A stretch of 64,000 nucleotides of DNA from Candidatus Eiseniibacteriota bacterium (lineage in GTDB: Bacteria > Eisenbacteria > RBG-16-71-46 > JABDJR01), in assembly GCA_963783375.1 (NCBI GenBank), contig CAWANH010000028.1:1440001-1504000 (forward strand), read 5' to 3'. This document shows positions 30,379 through 39,513 of the stretch, in pieces. The notes below the pieces were generated by a model. The model saw only the letters and a list, made by a program, of their open reading frames with translations. It was not told where the DNA came from and did not search any database. The translations under genes were made by a program, and so were the position numbers. The stretch's first letter is position 1; each line of letters opens with the position of its first letter.

Positions 30379-30756
30379 ATGACCTCCAAGCGTTTGGGCA
30401 TCGTGGTCGTCGCCCTGGCCGCAGTGTGGAGCCTGGCGGGGCTCAACTGGTTCGCACCTGCTGCCAGTTATGCACCTCGCTCATTCCTCACGGTTGGCAC
30501 GGCCCAAGCAGGGCTCGCGGACTTCACGCATGGAACCCAGTACACAACGAACACGATGGAGGGGGACCCGGATCAGTACGCCAACGGCGCACAGGGGGAC
30601 CCCGATCAGTACGCCGGCACCGCCGGCCAGGATTCGACCCAGAGCCAGACGAGCGACAGCGGCTCGAGCGGCTCCTCGCATACCGGGTCGTGGATCCAGC
30701 AGATCACCAGCATGGCTTCGTGGATGTACGGTGCGTTGACTGGGTTTCGGTATTAG
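30379..30756 (+). CDS. Secreted propeptide with tandem GDPDQYA repeats
   Basis: AGGGAG RBS; signal peptide; EGDPDQYANGA-QGDPDQYAGTA; Ser-rich spacer; amphipathic aromatic tail. Confidence 0.8.
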   Translation: MTSKRLGIVVVALAAVWSLAGLNWFAPAASYAPRSFLTVGTAQAGLADFTHGTQYTTNTMEGDPDQYANGAQGDPDQYAGTAGQDSTQSQTSDSGSSGSSHTGSWIQQITSMASWMYGALTGFRY

Positions 30757-30816
30757 TTTCTCAAGTGAGGGGGGCCGGTATCGCGGGATACCGGCCACCG
30801 ATCGAGGACGTACGTC

Positions 30817-33800
30817 GTGAACCGTTCGAGTAAGGCAGAGCGGCGCCCCGAGGGTGTCCCGAAGGCGCTCGAGCCCGACACGTGGCAGGATATGCCTGAG
30901 GCCGTCAAGTACGGCGACGTCTGCTACCAGGCGGAGCGCTACGCCGACGCCCTCGATGCCTATGCCGGGGCCTTGAAGACCGAGGGTCGCCGCCTTCCCG
31001 CCGAATTGCGCGCCCGCCTCCACTATCGGATGGCCGAGTGCTATCTCCGCCGTTCCAACTACATCCAGGGCCTCGATCAGCTCGACCGCGCTCGCGCGGT
31101 CCTTCCCCGCCATCTCGACAAGGTCCGCCTGGCCAAGATCTACGCCCGCCGCGGTCAGATCATCATGGAGATGGGGCAATATTCCCGGGCCGAGCGATAC
31201 CTGAGCTGGGCCAAGAAGCTCCTCTCGGGGACCAACGAGCACGAGGAGCTGGGGGCGATCGAGATTCACCTCGGCACCGTTCACGCCCGCCTGGGAAACT
31301 CCGGCGAGGCGCGCCAGTGCTTCCTCAATGCCCTGGCCACCTACCGCCGCATCGGCGACGGCAGCGGCGAGGCGAAGTCCTTGAACAACCTGGGACTCCA
31401 GTACAAGAACGCCTGTGAGTGGCGGGAGGCGGTCCGGTACCTGGAAGAGGCGCGCACCCTCTTCGAGCGCATCGGTCACCGCCAGCACCTCGTGACCACC
31501 CATCTGAATCTGGGGATCGTCCACCTGAAGCTCGGAAAGTGGGAGCTTTGCGAGGAGAACCTGGCCGCCGCCGAGCACATCGCGCGCGAGCTGGGAAGCC
31601 TCCAGCCCCTGGTCCGCATTCAGCTCGCCCAGGGAAACCTCATGCTTCGCCGCCGGCGCTGGGACGAGGCGCGGGAACTCTACGACGAGGCCCGGCGGGT
31701 CTCCGAGGCCCAGGGCTACGGTCGCGAAGCCATCCTCGCCCAGGAATTCACCGGCGAGATGCTCCTGGAGATGGGGGAGATCGAACGATCCTCCGAGTTC
31801 CTCGAATCCTGCCTCGCCGAAGCCCGGGAACTCGCCCCCGACGGCGACCTGGTGAACGAGATCCTCCGCCGCCTGGCCGAGACCCGTCTCGCCCAGGGAC
31901 GGGCCGAGGAAGCCCTGACCTTCGCGAAGGAGTCCGCGGCCTCGGCGAGCCGGATCGGCGATCGCTACGAGGAAGCGGTCGCGCTTCGGGTTGTGGGGCT
32001 CGCCATGATGCACCTGGACCGGCGCACCGAAGGGGAGCGCCTGGTGGCCATGAGCCTCGACTCCCTCGGCGACATCGGCGAGTCCTTTCAGAAGGGCGTG
32101 ACCCACTACCGCTACGGGCGGCTTCTGGCCCGTTTCGCGATCGAAACCAAATCCAACCAGGAGCTTGAACGGGCCGCGATTCATCTCCAGCGGGCTTACG
32201 GGGCGTTCCTCGATCTCGACGCCCGGGTCCAGGCCGCCGGCGCCGCCCACGAACGCGCGGCGCTGGAGTGCAGCTTCCATCGGTTCGAGGAGGCGGCGAC
32301 CTACCGGGCCAAGGCCCGCGAGGTCCTGCCGGCCGGGGCCGATCCCGACCTTGAGAGCGCCCTGGAGCGCCTGGGCGGAGAGCTGGAGAACGCCTTCGCC
32401 GAGCGCTGGGCCGCCGGCGGGGACGTGCTGGCTTCGCTTCGCGAGATGAAGCGGCTCTTCCAGGGAGCCACCGATACCGAGGCGGTGCTCCGCGAGCTCA
32501 TCCGTCTCGCGGTCACCCGATCCGGCTCCACCCGGGGATGCGTGGCCCACGCCTCGGGGAACGGGGACGTCCGGGTGGTCGCGGCCTACGGGTGGACTCC
32601 GGACGAGGCGCACACCCTGCTTCGGGCCATGGGCCCCACCCTGGGGGCGACCCTCGATGAGAACCGCCCGGTCTGGTCCAACGATGCGGCCGAGGACGAT
32701 CGCTTCCGCACGATGAGCGAGGACGAGCGATTCCGGACCCGGAGCCTCGTGCTCCTGCCCCTGGTGCTCACCGAGGAGAAGCCGGGGCTTCTCTACGTGG
32801 ACAAGACCCCCGAGAACTACGAAGGGGCCTACCACCAGGGCGAGCTCCATCTCCTGACCATTCTGGCCAACCTCGCCGCGCTCTCGATCATGGAACGCTG
32901 GAACTCGAAGCTCATTCGCGAGAACGAGGAGCTTCGGGCCCGGATCGCCCTCGGCGAGGGGGACAATCGCTTCGTCACCGCCAACGCCAGCCTGAAGGAG
33001 ACCCTCCGGCTGGCCGGCAAGGTGGCCAACAGCCCGGTTTCGATCCTCATCGAGGGTGAGACCGGGACCGGCAAGGGGCTCCTCGTGCAGATCATTCACG
33101 AGGCCTCGAACCGGCGGAACAAGCCCTTCGTGCAGATCAACTGCGCCGCTCTGCCCGAGCAACTACTGGAGAGCGAGCTGTTCGGCCACGTGAAGGGGGC
33201 CTTCACCGGCGCCACCTACAACAAGGTGGGGCTCTTCAAGGAGGCCGAGAACGGGACCCTGTTCCTGGACGAGGTGGACAAGACCAGTCTGGCCGTCCAG
33301 GCCAAGCTCCTCCACGTCATGGACTCCAAGGAAGTGCGGCCGGTGGGGTCGGTCAAGCCCTACCGGGTGGATACGCGGATCATCTGCGCCACCAACGCCA
33401 ACCTCCGCGAGAAGATCCGGGCCGGCGAGTTCCTCGAGGATCTCTACTACCGCCTGAACGACTTCATACTGAACGTCCTCCCGCTCCGCGAGCGTCGCGA
33501 GGACATCCCGCTCCTGGTCGACTACTTCCTGAAGAAGTTCTCGAACCAGTACGAGCGACCCGAGGTGAAGCTCAGCCCGGAGGTCCGGCGCGTTCTCCTC
33601 GATCACCCCTGGCCGGGGAACGTTCGGGAGCTGGAGAAGGCCATCCGGCGTCTGGTGGTGCTGGCCGACGAGGAGCTCCCCGCCGGACTCGACCTGCTCC
33701 CGGTGGAGATCCAGACCGAACCGGCGAGCGATCTGCTGGGGAAGACCCTGCGCGAGGAAGTGGCGAGAACCGAACGGCGTGTGATCGCCGACGCGCTCCG

Positions 33801-33906
33801 CGCCGCCAACTGGAACAAGTCCCAGGTCGCGCGTCAGCTCAAGGTCTCGTACCCCTGTCTGCTGAAGAAGATCAAGGAACATCACCTGCTCAAGCCCGCC
33901 TCCTGA
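30817..33906 (+). CDS. TPR-GAF-AAA+ sigma54 enhancer-binding protein
   Basis: About 500 aa of TPRs (SLNNLGLQY, THLNLGIVH), GAF (GLLYVD), GETGTGKG, GAFTGA, LFLDEVD, C-terminal HTH. Confidence 0.93.
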   Translation: MNRSSKAERRPEGVPKALEPDTWQDMPEAVKYGDVCYQAERYADALDAYAGALKTEGRRLPAELRARLHYRMAECYLRRSNYIQGLDQLDRARAVLPRHLDKVRLAKIYARRGQIIMEMGQYSRAERYLSWAKKLLSGTNEHEELGAIEIHLGTVHARLGNSGEARQCFLNALATYRRIGDGSGEAKSLNNLGLQYKNACEWREAVRYLEEARTLFERIGHRQHLVTTHLNLGIVHLKLGKWELCEENLAAAEHIARELGSLQPLVRIQLAQGNLMLRRRRWDEARELYDEARRVSEAQGYGREAILAQEFTGEMLLEMGEIERSSEFLESCLAEARELAPDGDLVNEILRRLAETRLAQGRAEEALTFAKESAASASRIGDRYEEAVALRVVGLAMMHLDRRTEGERLVAMSLDSLGDIGESFQKGVTHYRYGRLLARFAIETKSNQELERAAIHLQRAYGAFLDLDARVQAAGAAHERAALECSFHRFEEAATYRAKAREVLPAGADPDLESALERLGGELENAFAERWAAGGDVLASLREMKRLFQGATDTEAVLRELIRLAVTRSGSTRGCVAHASGNGDVRVVAAYGWTPDEAHTLLRAMGPTLGATLDENRPVWSNDAAEDDRFRTMSEDERFRTRSLVLLPLVLTEEKPGLLYVDKTPENYEGAYHQGELHLLTILANLAALSIMERWNSKLIRENEELRARIALGEGDNRFVTANASLKETLRLAGKVANSPVSILIEGETGTGKGLLVQIIHEASNRRNKPFVQINCAALPEQLLESELFGHVKGAFTGATYNKVGLFKEAENGTLFLDEVDKTSLAVQAKLLHVMDSKEVRPVGSVKPYRVDTRIICATNANLREKIRAGEFLEDLYYRLNDFILNVLPLRERREDIPLLVDYFLKKFSNQYERPEVKLSPEVRRVLLDHPWPGNVRELEKAIRRLVVLADEELPAGLDLLPVEIQTEPASDLLGKTLREEVARTERRVIADALRAANWNKSQVARQLKVSYPCLLKKIKEHHLLKPAS

Positions 33907-34132
33907 CCCGGCCCCGCGCTCCAATTATCAATCCCGCTCATATAAACGGAATTAATAGGCTCAACCTCCTGCCGGTAGTGGGGTTAGCGGTGAGTAGCCC
34001 GTTCCCTGTTCACCATGTTGACAATCGCTGGAGCCGAGGTATCTTCCCCGACCCTCGAATCACCTCTCGATCTCCGTTCCACGCCGATGACCCGTAAGGC
34101 CTTAGGGAGTTTCTCCGGAGACCCGGGTGTTT

Positions 34133-34148
34133 TGGCACATCGCCTGCA
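34133..34148 (+). promoter_or_regulatory. sigma54 promoter (-24/-12)
   Basis: TGGCAC-ATCGC-CTGCA (GG-N10-GC), intergenic, upstream of the AAA ATPase. Confidence 0.65.
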
Positions 34149-34335
34149 TTGAGCAATGCGTGGAGGGGGGACCTCCAGAGCCGTCTGCCGTCGGGTTCCA
34201 AGGACAACGTGCCCTGCACCGAGTTTCCCACCGGACTTGGAACCCGATGGAGCGGCCTTGACCCGGCGGGTCGGGCCGCGGATCGGACGGCGATCCAAGG
34301 CCCGTATCCCGAACATCGAAATGGGGTGAGGCTCG

Positions 34336-35802
34336 GTGCGGCGCGAACGATCGGAAGCCTACCGCGATCAGTTCGAGTACCTTGCTGACTACTTCGATCT
34401 GATTCGCAGACGGGGCGACGCCTACAACATCCGGAACGAAGCCCTCGAGACCGAACGCATGGCTTGCTACAGCGAGCGTTCGGGCTACGAGTCCCAGCGC
34501 AGCCAGCTGGTGGAGATCTTCCGAGGCATCGAGGCCGAGGCGGACCGTCAGGAGATGCTTCTTCGCGGACGTAAGGAGGCTTCCGACCAACTGGGCGTCC
34601 GGTTCGCCCTCGACACTTTCATCGAACGACATCAGCTCCGTCCCGAGGAGATCCAGATCCTGATGGTCCTCCTCTACAACGAATCCGTCGGGCGCACCCA
34701 CGCCCGATTCACCAACGGGAACGAGATCCTGAACCTTCTCTTCCCGAATCCGGTCAGCGCGTTGAAGGCCTCCCGTTTCCTGGATGTGGGGGCGACACTC
34801 GTAAACGAAGGACTGATTCGGTCAACCTCTGATGACGACGGCTCGAACTTCTTAAGGGCTGCCTACGAAGTCACAGAGAAGACCCTGCACGAGGTGTTGG
34901 GAGCGGGTAACCGCAGCACTCTCCGGGATCCGCAGCAGACCTCCCACACGTTGAGCAGTTCTCTCGACGGTCCTTTCCGGGTTGTCGCCCCCCGTATTCG
35001 CCTGGACCAGGTCGTGCTCCCCCCCGACGTCCGCAAGCGGGTGGACGAGGTCCTGTGGCAGGAGGAGCACGGCCGCGCCCTGTTCGAGGAATGGGGTTTG
35101 AACGAGGTGGTGGAGAAGGGGCGGGGAACCATCGTGCTGTTCAGCGGGGTCCCCGGGACCGGCAAGACCATGACCGCCGAGGCCATGGCCGAACGGCTGG
35201 GACGTCCGCTCCACGTCGCCGACTACGCCCAGCTCGAAAGCAAGTGGATCGGCGAGACCGAGAAGAACATCGTGACCGTGTTCCGGTCCGCGGCCGAGGC
35301 CGGCGCGGTCCTCCTTCTCGACGAGGCGGACGCCATTCTGGCTTCGCGCCTGGACGGCGGCCACTACAACGACCGGGCCTACAACCGCCAGGTGAGCATT
35401 CTCCTCGGCGAGCTGGAGTCCTGGGAGGGGATGTGCATCCTCACCACCAACCGGTCGGTGACCCTCGACGACGGATTGGCCCGACGCATCGCGGCCTCGT
35501 TCGAGTTCACCATCCCGGAGGTCGGGGAGCGGACCCGCATCTGGAAGTCCCTGCTTCCCGAACGGCTGCCTCTGGCCGGTGATGTCGACATCGACGACTT
35601 GTCCCGCCGCTTCCCGATGGCCGGCGGGCACATCAAGAATGCCGTCCTCACCGCGGTCCGCAAGGCCGGGGTGCGGGCGGGCCGGCGCGCGCGCGTGACC
35701 CAGCGGGATCTGATCGAGGCCGCGGCGGCGGAGCACGAAAGCTTCCGCCCGTGTCCCCGCCCGATCGGGTTCGGAGAGGCTCCGTCCGCCTCCTACTCGT
35801 AG
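34336..35802 (+). CDS. AAA+ ATPase (single module, C-terminal IGF motif)
   Basis: GVPGTGKT, SKWIGETEKN, LLLDEAD, LTTN, RPIGF. Confidence 0.9.
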   Translation: MRRERSEAYRDQFEYLADYFDLIRRRGDAYNIRNEALETERMACYSERSGYESQRSQLVEIFRGIEAEADRQEMLLRGRKEASDQLGVRFALDTFIERHQLRPEEIQILMVLLYNESVGRTHARFTNGNEILNLLFPNPVSALKASRFLDVGATLVNEGLIRSTSDDDGSNFLRAAYEVTEKTLHEVLGAGNRSTLRDPQQTSHTLSSSLDGPFRVVAPRIRLDQVVLPPDVRKRVDEVLWQEEHGRALFEEWGLNEVVEKGRGTIVLFSGVPGTGKTMTAEAMAERLGRPLHVADYAQLESKWIGETEKNIVTVFRSAAEAGAVLLLDEADAILASRLDGGHYNDRAYNRQVSILLGELESWEGMCILTTNRSVTLDDGLARRIAASFEFTIPEVGERTRIWKSLLPERLPLAGDVDIDDLSRRFPMAGGHIKNAVLTAVRKAGVRAGRRARVTQRDLIEAAAAEHESFRPCPRPIGFGEAPSASYS

Positions 35803-36279
35803 ATCCCGAGGCGTCGGCGCGCGCGTCGCAGTTTGGTGCTGTACCGATGGTAAGCCGGGGTTTCCCGGCGATTCCAGGTCTCGTCGGATCGCGTGTCTGA
35901 GACCCGACGAGACCCCTTCCCGGGCGGACCCTCCGGGGGTCGCCGAACGGTGGAGGTGCGACGAGGGGGCGGGGCCATGATCGAGCGCAGGCTTCGTCCC
36001 CGCCATCCGGCTCCGCCGGTCTCCGGCGGAGTGGTTCGGCGGGCGAGATGGACGCCCGGCCGGACGGGGATAGGAACCGACCAAGGTTCCATTCGGATAC
36101 CGGCTCCTGCAGTTCTCAGACCATAGATGGGGGATGTCCAGGCTGGTGCTGCGGAGAAATCCGGTATCCGAACTCGGCGCGACGCCGGACTGAAATCCGG
36201 CGTCGCGTTCTTTTGGGGCGCGTCCTCCGGGCCAGGGGCCAGTCGACCCACCCCACACCGGCCGCGATCGGCTCCGAGG

Positions 36280-36308
36280 TTGACCGCCGGGACCGGCGCG
36301 CCGATAGT
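36280..36308 (+). promoter_or_regulatory. sigma70-type promoter for a leaderless transcript
   Basis: TTGACC-N17-GATAGT ending 6 nt before ATG 36315. Confidence 0.55.
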
Positions 36309-36314
36309 CATGGC

Positions 36315-37223
36315 ATGCAGGAATCCTCCACCCCCGACGCCGCGCCGGTCGCCCCGGTCCGCCCCCCCTTTCCCGGTATCGCCCAGGCCTGGGGCCTGCT
36401 CCTTCTGGCCTGGGCGGGGATTTTTCTCGCCGCCATCGTGGTGATGGCGGTCACGGTGGCCCTCCGGGGGGGCGAACTCGCCATGCCCTCGAGCGCCGCC
36501 CTCATCCTGGTGGCCAACTCCGCCGGATTCGCGGTCGCGCTGGTGATGGGGTGGAAGTTCACTCGCCTTCCCCTCCGGGAGATCTTTCCCTTCCGCTCCT
36601 TCAATCCGGTGATCCTCATCCCCCTGGCCCTGGCCGCGGTGGGGGGTGGGGGGCTGCTCTCGGAGATGGACACCCTCTTCCGGCTCCTGCCCCTTCCCGC
36701 CGGCCTCCGCGGCTTCATGGAGACCGTCGATCGCTCGGTGCTGGACATGATCCTCCAGTCGTTCTGGCCGTCGGTGGTGGCGGTGGTGGTGATGGCCCCG
36801 CTCACCGAGGAGCTTTTCTTCCGGGGTCTTCTCCTCCAGGGCTTTCTCCGCCGCTATTCCACCCGGAAGGCGCTCGTCGCCTCGGCGTGCTTCTTCGCCC
36901 TGGCCCATCTCACCCCCAATCAGCTCATCCCCGCGCTTCTGGCCGGGGTCTTCCTGGCCTGGGTGGTGATGAGGACCCGGAACCTCTGGCTCTCCATGTT
37001 CACCCACGCGGTCTTCAACAGCCTGAGCGCGATCCAGGTGGGGCTCATGGGGGACTCGGCCTCCGAAACCCTCACCGCCAAGCCGCACTTCCAGCCCTGG
37101 TGGTTGGATCTCCTCTTCCTGGTGATCCTCGTCCTCGGCATCCACTGGACCCGGGCCTGGATCCGCTCCCGCTACCCGGAGCCGGCCCCGTACCCCGAAA
37201 CCACCTCCTCCGCCGGCGCCTGA
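36315..37223 (+). CDS. CPBP/Abi (CAAX) intramembrane protease
   Basis: APLTEELFFRG, FALAH, HAVFN; multiple TMs. Confidence 0.92.
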   Translation: MQESSTPDAAPVAPVRPPFPGIAQAWGLLLLAWAGIFLAAIVVMAVTVALRGGELAMPSSAALILVANSAGFAVALVMGWKFTRLPLREIFPFRSFNPVILIPLALAAVGGGGLLSEMDTLFRLLPLPAGLRGFMETVDRSVLDMILQSFWPSVVAVVVMAPLTEELFFRGLLLQGFLRRYSTRKALVASACFFALAHLTPNQLIPALLAGVFLAWVVMRTRNLWLSMFTHAVFNSLSAIQVGLMGDSASETLTAKPHFQPWWLDLLFLVILVLGIHWTRAWIRSRYPEPAPYPETTSSAGA

Positions 37224-37364
37224 TCCCGTAGCGCCACCGACACACCCCGGCGCGGCCGCATCACGGCCCGTCCCCTCGCCCCCGTCGGTTTCTTGGCCAT
37301 ACCCGATCTCCCAACCCATTGTCCCTTAATCGGTTGAAGGGTTCGAGGTCCCCCCCGCGGGTTC

Positions 37365-37379
37365 TGGCACCGGGCTTGC
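37365..37379 (+). promoter_or_regulatory. sigma54 promoter (-24/-12)
   Basis: TGGCAC-CGGGC-TTGC, exact consensus. Confidence 0.8.
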
Positions 37380-37467
37380 GTTACAGGTGGGCGACCCCGA
37401 CGGGGGCCGCGCACACGAGCCACAGATCGGTTCGTGGCGCCGAGGCCCCGGGGCAAGGAGGTGGGTG

Positions 37468-38316
37468 ATGACGAACGCGACACGGATCCCCTGGAAATTC
37501 GGCCGGCTTCTCCCGGTGGCGGTGGGGATGCTTCTGGGCGCCTCGCTTCTGAGCGGGTGCGATGAGGAGCTCTTCCGGCGCGACTGCGGCGATCCTCTGG
37601 CCCCGGTGGACGTGAACTCGATCACCGGGGACGGCGAGGTCTATCTCTACTGGACCCCGGTGGACGAGGACAACGTGGACTACTTCGTGGTCTACCGGTC
37701 CTCCACCGCCTACGGGACGTATTTCGAGGCCGGGCACACTTCCGGCGAGGATTTTCTCGACCGGGACGCCCGAAACGGACGCACCTATTTCTACGCGGTG
37801 TCCTCGGTGGACTACTGCGGGCACGAGTCGGAGCTCTCCCGGGAGATCGTCCACGACACTCCCCGGCCCGAGGGTTTCGGGGACTCGATGGCCGATGCGG
37901 ACGGCGCGAACTGGCGCCGGAGCGCGTGGGACTTCAGCGCCTACCGCGCCCTGCCCTGGGACCACGCCGAAGCCGACGTCTATTTCATCGTGGCCGACGG
38001 GGTGCCCTTCCTGGTGGCCGTCGACCTGGACACCGACATCCAGGACGCGGGCTACGCCGGATTCGACGAGGTGAGCTGGGCCCCCAAGAGCGGGTGGAAC
38101 CCCAGCGGCGCGGTGGAGGTGATCGCCGGCCACGTCTACGTGGTGTGGACCCGGAACGACCACTACGCCAAGGTGCGGGTCACCTCGATCGGCAACGGCA
38201 CGCTCCGCTTCGACTGGGCCTATCAGGTGGACCGCGGCAACCCCGAGCTGGCCCCCAGGCCGCCCCGGGAGTCCGCGCCCCAGAGCGTGATCCCCTCGGT
38301 CCGCCCGGCGGCGTGA
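37468..38316 (+). CDS. Lipoprotein with Fn3-like domain
   Basis: AAGGAGG RBS; lipobox LSGC; GDGEVYLYW...YFYAVSSVD..GHES. Confidence 0.85.
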   Translation: MTNATRIPWKFGRLLPVAVGMLLGASLLSGCDEELFRRDCGDPLAPVDVNSITGDGEVYLYWTPVDEDNVDYFVVYRSSTAYGTYFEAGHTSGEDFLDRDARNGRTYFYAVSSVDYCGHESELSREIVHDTPRPEGFGDSMADADGANWRRSAWDFSAYRALPWDHAEADVYFIVADGVPFLVAVDLDTDIQDAGYAGFDEVSWAPKSGWNPSGAVEVIAGHVYVVWTRNDHYAKVRVTSIGNGTLRFDWAYQVDRGNPELAPRPPRESAPQSVIPSVRPAA

Positions 38317-38396
38317 CCGCGGAGGCCACACGGGTGAAGGCGATGAAACGATCACACGGTTTTCTCCAGTGCAGATCTCCCCAGGAGGGAAGAGCC

Positions 38397-39179
38397 ATGA
38401 AAACGAAACGCACGATGATCTCGATCCTGGCCGGGCTCGGCCTCGTGGCGGGGGCGGCGGCCGCCTCCGGCTCGGCCTCCGCCGGAGCCTCCGGCTCGGT
38501 GAGCGCCGCCTATCGGTCCGGCGGCGTGGACGCCCAGGTGGTCCTCGCCGGCCGCGACGGTTCCCGCACCCTCGACCCCCGGCTGATCCCGGTGCCGGTG
38601 GACCGTTCCCGCGATCTCACGGTGGACGTGTGGACGGATGCCGGGAACGGCGCCGCCCTCCGCCCCGGTGAGGACGTGACGGTCGATTTCCGGGTGACCC
38701 GGAGCGCTTACGTGGTGGTCTACGACATCGACACCAACGGCCGGGCCAGGCTCCTCTTTCCCACCCGCCGCGGCGACGACGGCTGGGTGCGCGCGGGCGA
38801 GCTCATGCGGCTCCCCGAGCGGGGCGACGGGTACCGGCTGATGGTGACCGGGCCCGCGGGGACGGAGCGGATCGTCGCCCTGGCCTCGGACAAGCCCCTG
38901 GTCGGCCGGTGGGAACGGTTCGCGGACGAGGATCTGCGGAGCTCGATCCGGGACGACGATGAGGGTTACGCCCGCTACCGGACCTACGGGGAGGGAATGG
39001 ATCTCTCGGGCGATGCCGACGTCTCGGTCCGCCCGGTCGGGCGTTCCGGAGGGACCGTCGCCCCGCGGGTGATCCCGGTCCCCACCGCGCCCCGCCTGGT
39101 CCCGGTCCCGGTCCGCCGCACCGGGATCGCCCGGGACGAGACCTGGTTCCACGTGACTCCGGCCCGGCGGTGGCGGTAG
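38397..39179 (+). CDS. Secreted DUF4384-domain protein
   Basis: VDVWTD...GEDVTVDFR..RSAYVVVYDIDTNG..RLLFP...GPAGTERIVALAS. Confidence 0.8.
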   Translation: MKTKRTMISILAGLGLVAGAAAASGSASAGASGSVSAAYRSGGVDAQVVLAGRDGSRTLDPRLIPVPVDRSRDLTVDVWTDAGNGAALRPGEDVTVDFRVTRSAYVVVYDIDTNGRARLLFPTRRGDDGWVRAGELMRLPERGDGYRLMVTGPAGTERIVALASDKPLVGRWERFADEDLRSSIRDDDEGYARYRTYGEGMDLSGDADVSVRPVGRSGGTVAPRVIPVPTAPRLVPVPVRRTGIARDETWFHVTPARRWR

Positions 39180-39300
39180 AACCGGCAGTGAAATAAAGAC
39201 TTCGGGGGTTCCGGCTCCGGCTCGCGCCACTCGGGCGCACCGGGACCCCCGATTCGGACGCGCGCGTCGGGGATAGATTCGGCCCCATCTCCGGCGGGCG

Positions 39301-39332
39301 GGGGGCCCCCATTCGGGGGGCCCCTTCTCTTT
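39301..39332 (+). terminator. Intrinsic terminator
   Basis: GGGGCCCCC-ATTC-GGGGGGCCCC stem followed by TTCTCTTT. Confidence 0.65.
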
Positions 39333-39513
39333 GGGGGGGACGCCGGGGAGGCCCGGACCCGGCGGCACCGGCTTTTCGGGAACCGGAGGCCCCCGCGAGG
39401 GGTCCAACCTCCTGCCGACCCGCGCTTTGCCGCGTCGGAGATTTGGGTTAGGGTGTTGTGTCCTGAAACCGCCCTGACCCGGATGCCGACCCTCCCCGAC
39501 CCAAAGAGCCCGC

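Noticed and set aside
30495-30510. Internal sigma54 promoter TGGCACGGCCCAAGC
   Set aside because: GG-N10-GC spacing is right, but the -12 element is AAGC and the site lies within coding sequence; too weak.
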